Shown: positions 23,051 to 36,700 of the stretch, one piece after another
How the letters are laid out: the number at the start of each line of letters is the position of its first letter
How positions within the stretch are numbered: the stretch's first letter is position 1
NCBI GenBank assembly: GCA_051362555.1
Contig: CM120640.1
Coordinates: 10,292,001 to 10,356,000, forward strand
Length of the DNA stretch: 64,000 nucleotides
Source: Lingula anatina
Taxonomy: Eukaryota > Animalia > Brachiopoda
Direction: 5' to 3'
Position numbers and translations under genes: made by a program
The notes under the pieces: model-generated
Database searches by the model: none
What the model saw: only the letters and a program-made list of their open reading frames with translations
Told to the model about the DNA's origin: nothing

Positions 23051-25112
23051 GTCTGGGCACTGTGCAGAATCTTAAAACTGTCCCTCCTCATAGTCACTTA
23101 CTACAAATGTGATCTGTATGGTTATATATGAAGTTTGCTCCTTTTAAATTTGTCAACAGGGATTCAGTGGTGACATTTTACTATTGGAATATTATCCAAA
23201 TTTATTGTTGTCATTTTTTTATGATATTTTAAAAATGGCTTTTATGTTTTATAGTTGAATGAGCCAAATGACAGTACAATAAGGAAAACCTTTATTAATA
23301 TTATTGTTATTGTTTTATTAGCTACTGATAAAGTGCTGTATAAAATGTTATTATGTTGTATTTGATATATCCAAACAGATTAATGATTATTGATAAAAAG
23401 AGAAGTTTTATTTGAAGCACCACATATAAGTCCCATGATTGTACAAAGAGCAAATTATATAAGGACATATATATATATTAACATAGAAGCTACAGGAAAC
23501 ATGTCTATACATGTGTACATTTAAATTCAATTTTTTTATATATGTTCAAGATATTCTTATCTTTCAGCTGTAATCTGTGTGAAAAAAATTAATATTTTTC
23601 TGTTTGGTATCTTTCGAACTGTGTCATTTGGTTTCATCACAGATACTTGATAGACCTCTTTGTATGATTAGTTTGCTGTAAGTGCTTGCATTTGATGGTC
23701 CATTAGCTACATTCAGTGCCAATTATTTTTTACTGCATTTTCACAACCTAAAATCTTCATCAGCTCACAAAACTCACTGTAAAGAACTATCTGTTATCTA
23801 TATGTACAAAATTGAGAGCTTATATGAGGAAAGATCAGTACAGAGCATTTATTCCCCACTTTGTTCATAATGTTGGTACCTAACATGGCCTCCCACTACA
23901 GTGTGCACACACTAATCAATACAAATATTGCTATTGATTTATTTGTCAGCTTCCTTTTCAAGGGCGTTCAAATGATATCTTATTTGTAACCTGATGTACT
24001 GTACTGGCAGTCATTTAAGATAACAAGACAATCTGGGTACATCCAAAAATAATGAAACAATTTTTACCATATTACTGATTGTGCAAAGTGGAGCAGATTT
24101 GACAAGGTCAACTGAGGTCAGTGCTGGCTGATATTTTGTTGATTATCACAGACACTGGGTGACATCAAAGAACTATATGGTAACCATGGTTATTTCATTA
24201 CTGTTAGACACTGACTAGAAGTGATGCTGTCAAGTTAGGCAATGTAGCACAGGGTTTGATTTCAGTTTTTTCTTTGTGTATAAAGACTATTGTGCAATGT
24301 TTGGTATTAGTTGTATTGATTTGCTGTCTCTTTGGATTTAGGAACTCTTAATCTACATATTAGGATAGTAAGTTTTTCAGGTTTCTGGTGTCCATGTAAA
24401 AACAAATGTATTGTTTTGTGACACAACAGTTTAAACACCCTAGGTGATATGAATGGGTATAATATCTACGTACTAATAAGTGTATGAAAAGTTTATAGGG
24501 TGCTGACAGTTGAGACTGTAATTCAGTGTTAAGGTTGCTAGACTTATTATAATGCACAAGTACATGTAACTATAATAATTTCTCTTGCAGAACCATTGAT
24601 TAGCTATGTTCTGTAAACAAACAAAGACATTTGCTATATTAAGTCTAGTGCTTGCAGCCTAGATGATATGAGGGTTCTTTGATTTTCAAGCAAATACACT
24701 AAAGTGGTGGCAGGGTATCTACTAAAAAAAGAAAAAAAGTAAATGGCATATAAATGCAATTTTCTGAAAAAACATTGTTTGGACTAATGTAACATTAAAA
24801 ATCTGAAGCATTTGTGAGCCTGAAGGTTGGATTGCCCATGATCAAGAGATACACTTTTGATTTATCTGAATGAAATTCCTGCAAGCATAATGTTAACAGT
24901 GTATGTGCAATTGTTCTTAAGGTAATGGTGCTTGCTTTTAGAAAGAGTGCAATGGTGTTAAGTCACTGTTTTTAAATAGGACAGATCTACAATGTATCAA
25001 CAAATATTATCAAGTCAGCCAATCTGTATCCAAGCAAGTGATACATAACTGTGATCATATAGACTGAAGTTGGCAATTATTAATACGTAGCTTGTCAATA
25101 TTGAAAGAATAG

Positions 25113-25472
25113 GATTGAAAAAGAAGTGCAGTAGCCACAGAATATATATATATATATATATATATTGTTGTACAATTTTTCTGATGCTCCATAGTTATGT
25201 TTTAACAATGTTAAGTTCTTTTTATGTCTTTGAGCACATTCAGAACAGCCGACTAACACATCCAAAGTCAAATAATGCAGCCTACTAAAAGGCTTTCCTC
25301 AAAATTCACGATTAGACACTGAATTGATATCCTGCGAGAATTACGCAACAAGTATTCAAGTAGGTCGTCTATATTTGATCTGTGGAGCCGTTAGTCTGCT
25401 CTTCTGAATGCGCTCTTTATTTAAAATGTTGAAGGAGTAAGATTGAAAAAGAAGTGCAGTAGCTGCAGAATG

Positions 25473-25503
<31 letters not shown>

Positions 25504-25566
25504 GGTGTTGCACCATTTTTTCTGTTGCTCCAAATGTGTTTAACAATATAGTGTTCTTTTAATGTC
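25113..25566 (+). repeat. Local tandem duplication of a 120-150 bp unit containing (TA)n, interrupted by a MITE
   Basis: GATTGAAAAAGAAGTGCAGTAGC...(TA)n...TGTTG...TGCTCCA...TTAACAAT...GTTCTTTT occurs at 25113-25228 and again at 25441-25566. Confidence 0.8.
25232..25416. mobile_element. MITE (probably PIF/Harbinger-like)
   Basis: Imperfect TIRs GAGCACATTCAGAACAGCCGACTAAC and GTTAGTCTGCTCTTCTGAATGCGCTC with further degenerate inward pairing; TTT on both flanks. Confidence 0.7.
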
Positions 25567-28500
25567 GTTATTTTAAATCTCACACTTTTAAGCGTTTTAA
25601 GTAGAAAAGAAACCATTTAAGAAATATTTTTGTAAGCAGTTGCATTATTGACATATCCCTCAGTAGAAGTGTGTCACTTAGTCAGAAAACCCTCTTTAGG
25701 GATTTAAAACTTAAAAGTTACACTTTATTTTCCCGTTATTTAGTTTTGAAATACGTTTGTAGCATCAACATTGAAAGTTAAAAATGTTTATTGTAAAATT
25801 TTACACTATAAACGCATTTATCAATATCTTAAAACTATTCTAGATCTTGATGTAAATACGTGCACACCTTAATGCAGCGGCAGGTGTGTCCTACTTGTAA
25901 CGAAGAATATACGTATTAGTCTTGTAGAAGGTTCAGCTGTTATTTTAATTTAGAAAAGTTGGTTGTACATGTACCTTGTAGAGAAAATTGAGACGTTAAA
26001 AACTCTATTACGACAAAAACGATAAAATGTATATTGTAAAAACCACGTTCATTGTTGTTTTATTAACCATGTCTGTGCTGTTTTACAGCAAGAACATTTC
26101 TTTCAAAGATCAAAATCCTGGAAGTCTTACAAATGTGCAATGGAACAAAAATTTAACTCTATGTAAATTAACATTAAAAAGGTAGCAACTAAAAGCTAGC
26201 ATTCATAGCCAACGCAATATTGCTTACTGTATCCCCTTTGCTAATATGAAGTACTATCACTCGTTACATGTGTATTGGCTAAAAATTATGTCATGAACAG
26301 CCTTGCAATATTGGCCTACAAAAAGACAAAAAAAGTCAATTCTAAATTTCAAGACTGGTAAACAGAGCATATAATACCGATGTACTTTTATAGATCGTTT
26401 AGTCCAACAGTCGCACAGTGGGCCGCCAGACCCCTTCCCCCAAGAACGCAAAAAGAATTTAATCCAAATAATGTATCTCTGTGCCCCACGCATTAGTGTT
26501 TCATTTAAATTGCCTACTCTGTTTTATTTGCCAAGCGAAGCGGGCTTAAACAACTTGCCCCACTTCCTTCACAGCAAAATCCTGGATACGCCAGTGATAG
26601 GACACGTAAACTGACTTAATAATCCTGTTGTTCTGTTATGTGTTCTAAATGACAGACAAGGTTTTTTCGTCGTTATTGTTAAACATATCATGTACTCGCA
26701 CTATGCAATGCTGTAATTGCATGTGCGTGATATGAAGCAAAATACGCCCATTAAAATGCGATTAATGTGATTAGCTATGAAATCAAATTGCGATGTTTGA
26801 AGCAAGGTTTACCTCTGCAATACGTGTGTAATCATAACAGCCAGTGTTTGACTGTGAGTTTACAATGTATTGATAATTGAATGCTGTAACAGAATTGTCA
26901 TTAGGATATTTTGAAGAACCATGATTAATGTGCGCGAGGCCAAATTCAGCACAGCTATCTAAAAGACTAGTATGTAACTACCACTGTTTTTGCTTTGGTC
27001 TATCTCAAATCTAGTCCACTTTTCTGAGATTGAAATTGCTTCAATGAAGAGTGCTACCTAGATACCTTATGTCACCACTCAAGTGAAACCATTTTGCATT
27101 TGAATTATATTGTATTCTGCGAGTTTAGGAGTAATGCAAAATACATCTTTATATAACATGTTATCATGGTGTCATTTGGAAGATCCAATTAAGGAGATTT
27201 AATTACTAGCCAAAGATTATTACCATGCTAACATGCACCCTCCCCCCCCCCCCCCAAAAAAAAAAGCTTGTATACAGATAATTCCATCTTGTCTAGAATC
27301 AAACTAATACGATTACTGTCAGTGAAATGTATTGTTGTATCGTGCGTACTAGCTACTTGTATTTCTTAATAGTGTCATCGTTCAGTGCAGTTAATATGAG
27401 TAAATAATAATATTTAATCGAGGCAAGTCATGTCCAAAGGATTGTTCTCAAGCAGGGACGATAACTCGTGTGGCAGACACTGAAATTAGCAGCAGACGTG
27501 GCTTTGAGTTATATACCAGGAAGCTTAAAACTGGATTATATCTATTTCTTTTTCGTCTCTCTAGAATGTTATTTTGTATTCTTAAAATCTGTTGTATATA
27601 TTTCTTAATGTATCCCTATTCATATCTCCAACCTTGCTGATATGCTCTTGATTCTCAATGCACCATATCAATTTCCTTGTGTTTTTGTATTTAGCGGAAT
27701 CCGAAGAGGTGGATTATTGAGATGAGCTGTCCGATATTCTGCTTCTTTTAATTTCCCAGTTAGTTTTCATTTCATTTTGTCTCCCTTTTTTCTTGAGCAT
27801 CAGGGTTCCGTGGAATGTGAATTGTATGGCAAATGAATCGATTTGTTAGAATGTGTTTTAAGCCCACATTGAGTCAGTCATTTGGAAACCTGCAATTGAT
27901 TCATTGTTGCAAGGAATGTTGACATTTTCTCGCGATTTCGTATAACACAATAATGATATCAGCAACAGGCTACAAGAACTTGTCAATATAATTCGTAAAA
28001 ACGAATTGACCCCAAAAATCTACCTCAAATTGCAGAGCCCATCAGAAAATGATTCCCCTTTAGCCCTGCGTTCACTCGCTTGGTTCCGGTTGCGTATGCT
28101 GGTGACAGAGAGCAATAAACAAGTTGGCCCGTCTATCATATGAGGCAATAAAAACCATAATTTATTAACGAGTCCCTGATATTCACAACACAGAGGCCAA
28201 TGCCCTGTCTGATATATGAACCAAAATAACGCAGATGTTTGTCAATGCAGGAACAGCAGGTCTTCTGGAATTGGCTCTAGACAATGAATACTAGGCCTAA
28301 TAAATATTTCCAGCGGTTTCGTCTCTCTCCACTAGCCAAGGGAATTTGTGATGTGAACTTCAATGGCAAGTGCATATAGGAATGTTCTTGAGAGTTGAAA
28401 TTAAATTCATCATGGTTTTCTGTGTTCCACTGTCTTACTGTACATGAGTGTATTTGATTGCAAGCCCAAAAGCTGCAAAATGCTTCGATGCACACATATT

Positions 28501-28860
28501 TGAACTCAAATGAAACCGTAATATAGCCATCAAACACCTTATTACAGGCCTTTAGAAACGGTACGATGAACGATTTATATGCATGAATCCCGCAGTTCTG
28601 TATAAGAACATAATCCAAGCTTCTGCTGCAGCTTGCAGGGGGTTTCATCATTAAAGCCCACAAATAAGATATAGCACCATGCTGACAACATTAAACCCTG
28701 CGCTACTGTGCTATAAGCTATCAGAAGATTGAAATTAGAGTATTTTGACCGATTACTATATTCTTCCCTTGCAACATGCAATAAAGTCTTCCGGAATTCC
28801 GAAAGCGCTTCATTGTAATATTTCTCATCATTTTGTAATGTTTGTTGCTAATATGTTGGT

Positions 28861-29592
28861 CTACATGATCACACATTTCTTCCGTCTTAAAGCGTTTTGC
28901 ATCAAAGTTGCTTTATGCCCATATTCGATGAGATCTATGCTTCGCACAACCTCTTTAAACAGAAGTACTATGTGCCAGTTATTTTTTGCCGAGCATTCTA
29001 GGTACGGGCTTTTCCACTGCTTTTTCACGATGTTGGCGATTTCTCTTTTGGACAAACCGCCATTTTTGTTACTGTCTTTCTCTGCTTTATCACATTTGTT
29101 GCATACGACCCACAGTGGGGCGTCGTGGTCGTTTTCACAGTCCAACATTTGTTCTCTTAGAGTCCTGAGGTAGTTGAAACTATCTTCAGAGCTTCGGTCA
29201 AATACCATGATGTAGGCATTTGCGTTCCGCACGCCTTTGCCCGGACGGAACTCGCTCCACTCCTCGATAGAATCTTCGGGGAAGGAGTTGATTTGTGGAC
29301 AGTCGACCATTTTAACGTGATAAAGATGGTCGTTTATCATGCACGATGGTCTGTACACTTCTGTTGCCCGTGTTGGAATATATTCTTCAGCGAAAGTATT
29401 TTGAACGAACTGGCGAATTATGGATGTTTTGCCAACTTGTGAAGCTCCTAGGATTACGATTTTTACTTGCCTTATTCCAGTGTCGAGTTCGGAGTTTGGA
29501 GCGTGGATTTTTTCTTCTCTTTTCTTAGTGGCTTTTGCACATACGCGGTACCGCGAGCTTTTGCCCGCCGAAATGAGAGATCCGCTAGACAT
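28861..29592 (-). CDS. RASL10: Ras-like protein family member 10 (RASL10A/B-like small GTPase), single coding exon
   Basis: 243-aa ORF. G1 GASQVGKT, RASL10-type atypical G3 region DCPQINSFP...EEW, G4 NKCD, G5 ECSAKNNWHIVLLF, C-terminal ALRRKKCVIM (CaaX), resembling the RASL10B C-terminus. Confidence 0.92.
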   Translation of the reverse strand: MSSGSLISAGKSSRYRVCAKATKKREEKIHAPNSELDTGIRQVKIVILGASQVGKTSIIRQFVQNTFAEEYIPTRATEVYRPSCMINDHLYHVKMVDCPQINSFPEDSIEEWSEFRPGKGVRNANAYIMVFDRSSEDSFNYLRTLREQMLDCENDHDAPLWVVCNKCDKAEKDSNKNGGLSKREIANIVKKQWKSPYLECSAKNNWHIVLLFKEVVRSIDLIEYGHKATLMQNALRRKKCVIM

Positions 29593-32500
29593 GAATAAAT
29601 GGTTGAATCTGAAAAAAAATGAATAGAGTTGACATTATCCACTGTTTTGACTATTGAAAAGCGACACATCCAATAATTTAGTTACACATACTTTTGGGTC
29701 GTCGTAAAACATGATATTCAATTTGCTGTTGGTGTTTCTTCTTATGCGACCCCCGCAAATAATAGCTATCTAAAAATACATATAACCTAATTACGAAGGG
29801 CCACTTTGACGGAGATTGCCGCTATCTGATCGATCAGCTTGACCTTCAACGAGATCGGACTAATATAAAAGCTTTTTAAAGGTGCAAGCAATAAAATTCT
29901 CATTACGCACTATTAATTGAACACTTCTGATTCGCCGAATCAATTGGTGGTACTCATAGCTTTAGAAAGAAAAAGAATGGCGACAGAAACCAGGCGTACA
30001 GCAAAGCCTTTTAAGAGATTTCTGAAATATGATTATGATATTTTCTTTCGCTCGTGTTCATGACACAATACACTGAGTAATAAAACCTTTCCTGGAAAGT
30101 AAGAGACCACCATTTAGTTGAAATGTAAAAAATGAAAGAGTTTTGTAGTGTTCATTCACAGGCAAAATGTTAATTTTTGATGCACATTTTATCATTAAAT
30201 ATGACTGGATATTGAATTTCTGTCAAATCATCCACTGGTCGTTTTCAATCATTCAAGTTCAGCTTATAAATACATGAACCTAGAACACGTAAAAGGAGCG
30301 TTTGTCACTGCTCTATATCTGTTCACTTCAGTTCGATCCCTTGCCCCGCAGTTTGAGCCTGAACGCCATGAATATGGTGATAGAGAATATAGCAAATCTG
30401 CTCTGTCTTAAACTAATAGACTACCGTGGAAGCAAGATTCTATTTCCATAATCCGGCTTTGGCTGCTTAATTACAAAGTATTATTGTGCACAATGGTAGT
30501 TCAAATGGAAATCAAATTGTGGCCCAAAGGTCTACAATACAAGTATTCAGAATATCATATCTGCGTAGGTTAATTCATGAGAAGGTTAACGGTTATTATA
30601 TAGGTCTACATTATCAGGTATTCAATTTTAAATGTAATTAAGTCTAAAAGGCAAGTTTTGAATCCAAACTTGACAGCACATCTGCATATCTTTTTAAACC
30701 AATGACATATAATATTTTCAATTTCAAATTCATTCAAATTCCGACCATATAGGAGGCAATAATTAAAATGTGTTCGCCCTATGCCAAAAACGATGTATTC
30801 AACATATTTTGTGAAATTCTTGACTATACAAAATATCTGCAGAACCTCATTATAGTATAAGAGATAAAATGCTTACGGCTACAAAGATAAATGAAAAAGA
30901 GCTGTACATGAAATCGTCTCGTAACAAAATTTTAACGATGCTAATATGCAATAATTTGAAATGTCGTTGCCAATTAAGCATTTATCTGGAAAATAAATGG
31001 AAAATATCTTAATGGGATGAACTATTCTAAGCACGTCAGAAGTCGGAAGCAGAATTATTGGGTAGCTGCAGGTCACTTGTCACTTACTTTGATGAAGGTT
31101 TCTTTTCTATTAACACTGCTGTGATACCCAACAGCATAAATTGACCAGAGAATCTGTTCTAAACACCCACCTGATGTCACTAGTGTGGAAGTACTTTAAA
31201 CCTGGGTTTATAAAAGATGAAATACATCAACCCGACTCGCTATCATGCACGTCGCCTTCAGTGCTACAGAAATACTTCACACCATTTCGTGATGAACATG
31301 AATACAATGTTTGATTTTGCTTATTAATTAGCGTATAGCATATGGCTGTAATGGGATATCTAATGGGGCACCTCCATCACTTAACACCATACTGGCAGGG
31401 TTTTATCATCATTGAAGTGTAAAAGCCAATACAAGTCTAAATTCGCTGCAATATTATGATGCATGCCTAAGTCGTTGTCATCCCTAATGAAGTGCTTAAC
31501 CAGATAGTTTGCTTCCATAACGTGTTGCTTGCAAATATATTAGTGTGTTTAGTCATCCTTATGAGGTACTTAAGCCATGAGAACCTTCTGCAATAAAGTG
31601 GCGTATGTTATGCAGGCTATGTACACGCACGTGTCGCCTGCAAATACGTTGATTAACCAGCTCTTCTTATTGAAGTACACAGCCACGAAAGCCTTTAAAG
31701 GCGTGTTTGCTTGCATGCAGGTTTGTCTGTGCATCTGTTTAATTGTCTTCTCACTAGTAATATGAGGCTATTACCTTCAGCTTACAAACCTCAGATAACA
31801 CTTCACTGCGCTGCTGGAGACTGCTTCGCGTCAACCTATAAGGTGACCACACAGACTACTAAGAGCATTTGATGTCTCAGTGATCAGTGCAGGAAATTGC
31901 CAGGGATTCTCCAAAGATCTTCAAACCTTGCAGTGCCAAGATCCTGTTTTACATATTATGCCGTCCGCCTAATATCTTTCATCCAATAGTTTTTAAGTTT
32001 TAATCTCTTGGAAACCGCTGAGAATTGCTTATGACAATCTTCACAGTGACATGATTGATTGCCACTGATATCCTCTTAGAGAGCGGGCATCGCGATGAAG
32101 TCAATTTGCTCAGAATCAGTGCGTGAATCGATACCCTTTGTACCCAACAGAGACGTGATTGTAATAAAGGGATACAAACAACCTTTCAAACGCGTTGTGA
32201 TTGATACAAGGAACTGCCAACATGTACTGCCTTACATAAACTGTATACCCAAAGCTGAAAAAAGAAGCTGATGAGAACCAAATGCATCCGAATCCAATGA
32301 TTCCAAAAGATCGATTAAACCAAATTCATCGGCTTATAAAAAAAACTGGCACTGTACTGAAGATTGTAGCGGAGTCATATTCCACACATGCAAAGCGGTA
32401 TAAAAACTATGACAGCTATTTTATCTTGTCAGAGGGTGATTCATTAAACAACGTCGAAAAACATCAAATAAAGGTCCAATTTCACTACACATAGGCTGGA

Positions 32501-33276
32501 ACGAAGATGTAAGGTTGCCGGGGAAATGAAGCTAGGATTGTGGCTAGTGGCGTGGAATTCCTATGGGTCTAATTGCTTTGTGCATATTAACTTTTACGCG
32601 AACAATGTCGATAAAGCCATTCTCCGAGAGACGACGAAATTCAATTTTATATGAGGTATTGGTCTATATTCTTTCGAAGGAATAAGAATGACTGATGGTG
32701 ATTGACCTGCCAGAGTATGGCTCCTCTTGTATGTTAAATAGACAATTTATGATATGGTCTAGGAGGCAAACCGATATATATTATCCAGGAAAATTACCAT
32801 TATTATCACTCCTAGATTTTGCCGGCCCATTACAAAAATTAATTTAAAAAATTAATTAAAAGGAGTATGCGTACGTCCATTATAGACAGATGTAATATTA
32901 TAAAATTAATTGTACCATTAACAGAAGACTTAACCATGCGTGTTTATACAATACTAGTAATTGAGCATCGAGAAAACAGTTTTGACTTGTCTCTATTTGC
33001 GTGTGCCATCAGTCATTCTTGTTTTGCCGTATATAACAAGTAATGTTTTTTAAATAAAAAACATCTAAAATTCAAATCAATGCAGTTCATCCTAGAAAGT
33101 AAAGGTACGACTAAAGTCCTAAACGCATTTTATACAAGAAGACCCAGAGAAAGCCTACTTGCATTCTACATAAATATAATTTACCAAAAAACAATATCCG
33201 ACATATAAGTATATAAATCTCGAAGTTTACTCCACGTATGTTGTATTCAAATTTGAATTAACAACGAATTAACTGG

Positions 33277-33760
33277 TACCCATGAAGAACATTTACTACT
33301 TTTGTATTTGGTTTTATGCCCTGTACCATGTTCCCATTGACCATTAACACCAAAAGGAATCCTACCATGTGCCCATTGGCATCGACCACGTTGTACCATG
33401 TGCCTTTTGACAACTGCCACGTTCTTTACCATGGACCCATTTATGCTTCCAATGGTCCCTAAAATAACAACCCTACCAATGTATCGCCAAAGCCCTACTG
33501 TTTCATATTAGTATCACTATCATATCGTGAACGTTCATAGTGCCAGTTGCATCTGCCATGTTCCTGTGCCTACCAAGGTCCCGTTGTTACATGTATCTAA
33601 TATGATCTTATGTCTTTAAATAACTCCGTTGTCACACCTACCACGTTCTTGTTCATTTTAAAGCCACGTTGTTACCTAGCATGGTTTTAAACATATTTTA
33701 TACTCCAGCGGTTCCATGTTTTTGAACCTATCCAGGTCCAGTGTACACATACCATGTTCT
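33277..33760 (+). repeat. Degenerate dispersed minisatellite with core TACCATGTTC
   Basis: Ten or more variants (TACCATGTTC, TACCATGTGC, GACCACGTTG, TGCCACGTTC, TGCCATGTTC, TACCAAGGTC, TACCACGTTC, TTCCATGTTT) in one orientation at irregular spacing. Confidence 0.6.
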
Positions 33761-36700
33761 TGCTAGTGCTAACCCATAGCTCAGATGGGCCGTCAGGGAC
33801 AGTTAACTGCAGTTAACTCCGAGATATATTGTCTTTTGACATCACAAGGTCATTTTTCATGGCATACTAGCGTCGAAATGAAGTCTGCCAGATTGCGCCT
33901 GTCTCCCTGAATGTTCGGCACAATATTTTGCTGTTAAATGTGCATATTGCATATAGATGCAATTCATGATCTGTGCCTGGCTACTACGAGCTGTAAAGCA
34001 ATGAGGATAATGACGTATCTATTATTCACCCATCAATGGCAACCAGCATCATTTGTATATTAACTGCTTAGAGACTTGCGATAAAAATGAAAATTGTGCA
34101 TTTGCCCATATTAGTATGTTGACTATTATTATTTAATGCTATCAGTGCACACAGTTCCAAGGTTACCTACATCTGATGTGGTTTGCACTATATTTCTTGT
34201 TCTTGGTGCCAGTACTGTTCCAGCTTTCCTCTCCGTCAATTTTAAGTGGTCATTTTATCAACAAATAAGTTCACGGTCCTTCCTATGTTGTTCATGTACT
34301 AGTGTTATATAGCTAATAGTATCGAGTTTTTCTGCAAACGAGCCGTCTATACACATTGCTGTTGATGTCTCTGCTTTGTCTAATAAAGGATAGATCAAGC
34401 CCTAAACATATGCGTAGTCGACACCGTAAAACCTCATGCGGGGGCGTACTTTAGCAGGAAACTTTTAAGTTTAACTTAAAAGCATCGTTACCGATAAAAA
34501 CAAAAAATGCCGGATATAATGTAGTGATTCGTACATTGCAATAGCCCTTTCTCTTTTTTAAAAAAGAAAAGCAGAATAAATAGAATTTATTGGGGGGCCT
34601 TTTTTCCCTCCATCTTTGCTGAAACTTAAAATTATATCTTAAACTGCAAATGATTTACCATACATGAGTATCATTCATATGATAATATTTAACTATATAT
34701 ATTCTGAATTCGTACTCTGTGTATTAATCAAAGTACAAATGTCAATAAAATGACATTTTCAACTAACAACTTTTAATGTTGTAATTTAAGAAATCACGAA
34801 ATTGCTGACAGCAAAGTAGCCTTGTAAAATTTTGAAAAATATTTACCTATAAAAAAAGAAATTAATACATAATAATACTACACGTATAATAACAAGCCAA
34901 ACGTAGCAAATGCTATTAATGCAGCTATATGAAATATCAACAGAGAACTAATCAGGTTTAAAATGAGTAATAAGACATCAAATTTAAGTTAATTCTTGGT
35001 GGCAAATCGGTGTCAGTAAAAAAAGCAATTTATTATGTTATAATTCGATTATGATATAAATGAATGAGTCATGGAGATATTATTCATATATAGTAGGCTA
35101 TTAAGATGTTATGAAAGAATGCAAAAAACTATTGACCACACTTTAATTGGCGCGTGAGTCGGCCATTTAAATTTTTTTAATTTCCTGCTTGAATTTGTGC
35201 CTCACACCAAGAAAAATCAGCATGTTAATGCATTTGCCGCTTATTTTTTTCTCATATAATTTTCAATAAAATAATTCACCCACTAAACTAATTACAAAAA
35301 AAAAAGATTGAATATTGCAGTCAATATCAAACTATAATCCAATCACTTCAAAAGAAAGATATATGAAAGCTAATTTCAATTACGCTCCATGTAGATCCAA
35401 TCTTTATTAAGTCAAAAAGTCAGTTACGTGCGATTTCGCATTGACATGCAGACAGGCTTCCTGATGCATCAATAGCCAAGAATACCAAGCAAAACTAGGT
35501 AATTGAGTCGAGATTATGTTCTATTACAATGACCCAAGAGAGTATCAAAAATCATTATTAAATCCTAACCACTGTGGAAATCAACGACACACTTTGCATT
35601 ATGCAATTGAACTCGATGGTTGCTGACCTGGCGAGTGAGTCTTTCCAAACTGTTTAATAGTAAAGTCTTGCTTATTTATTTCCTTTATTTCCAATCGATT
35701 TCGGAATTGCCCAATCTAATTTCAAACAAAGCACGGTCATTATTCTTGATGCTTATTTCCTTAGAAAGCACAGCTTTCTAATGGTTTACCCCGAACTTGA
35801 ACCATAGTTTCAAAAGAACTTTCCTCTTCTAATATATCCGGAATAATTTGATTTGATGAAGATCAATACTTTTTCTCAAGCGCAAATCAATTCACAAAGG
35901 CCAAGAAATCGAGTTGAAATATGGAGCTGTGAAAGAGTAATCATTTTAGATCTTTTTTTCAAAGGAAGTGCCAAAAGGAAAATACGTTTCATCTATGCAT
36001 AGTAAATGCTTTTGAGATTGCAAACACGCGATGGGGTTTTTGACATCACGCTATGAAAGCTCACGGTAAGGTAATTACATAAAGAGACATGTCCGCCTGC
36101 AGCCACGGCAAACACAATTCTCCAAATCTTAAAGTACGCACACCCACCCAGCAGTGCGATTAATCTAAGACATATTAATTTTTAGCAATATGAATTTATA
36201 TACAAAAAGCAAAAATTAGATGTCCACATAGCAGTACTATTGTATTTGCAATTGGTTTAAACGGGTTTCAATTTAAAACATGCTCAATACCTGATCTTCG
36301 GTAAAGCCTTCCTCGCGTTAGTCTTCCTCTATGTCTGATTCTAATGCAACCGCCTTCCCAACTCTGAGACGAACCAAAATTCAACTTTGAACAAAAACTC
36401 ACAAGAGATGCCTTAAACAAGTTCATTTCCTTAGAAGAAAATTAACGTTGCGTGTTGAAAAGAAAAGGCCATTTCCCAGGAGCAGAGGCTTTTATTTGAA
36501 AGGAACGTGACCTTTCAATGTTATCTGCCAGACGCAGCCTACATCTTTTTTTCATCGTCATTGTTTTCCCCCAACAATAAGTAATAAACTACCAACGTCT
36601 CTACAATCTCTTCACATTGTATTCCAGACATTTCCTGTTAAATAATTGCTTATCTGTTCATAGTGCAACCTTGTCGGTTTGTCTGTTTCAAGAGTGCATT

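Noticed and set aside
26413-26597. GC-richer segment ending in CCTGGATACGCCAGTG, resembling a hAT-type MITE end
   Set aside because: Only one convincing terminus and no TSD; probably a repeat fragment but boundaries cannot be supported.
28745-29626. Several plus-strand ORFs (up to 142 aa)
   Set aside because: They are antisense shadows of the RASL10 coding sequence with no independent protein features.
30325-30350. tRNA B-box-like GTTCGATCCC
   Set aside because: No A box or cloverleaf can be folded around it; at most a SINE relic.
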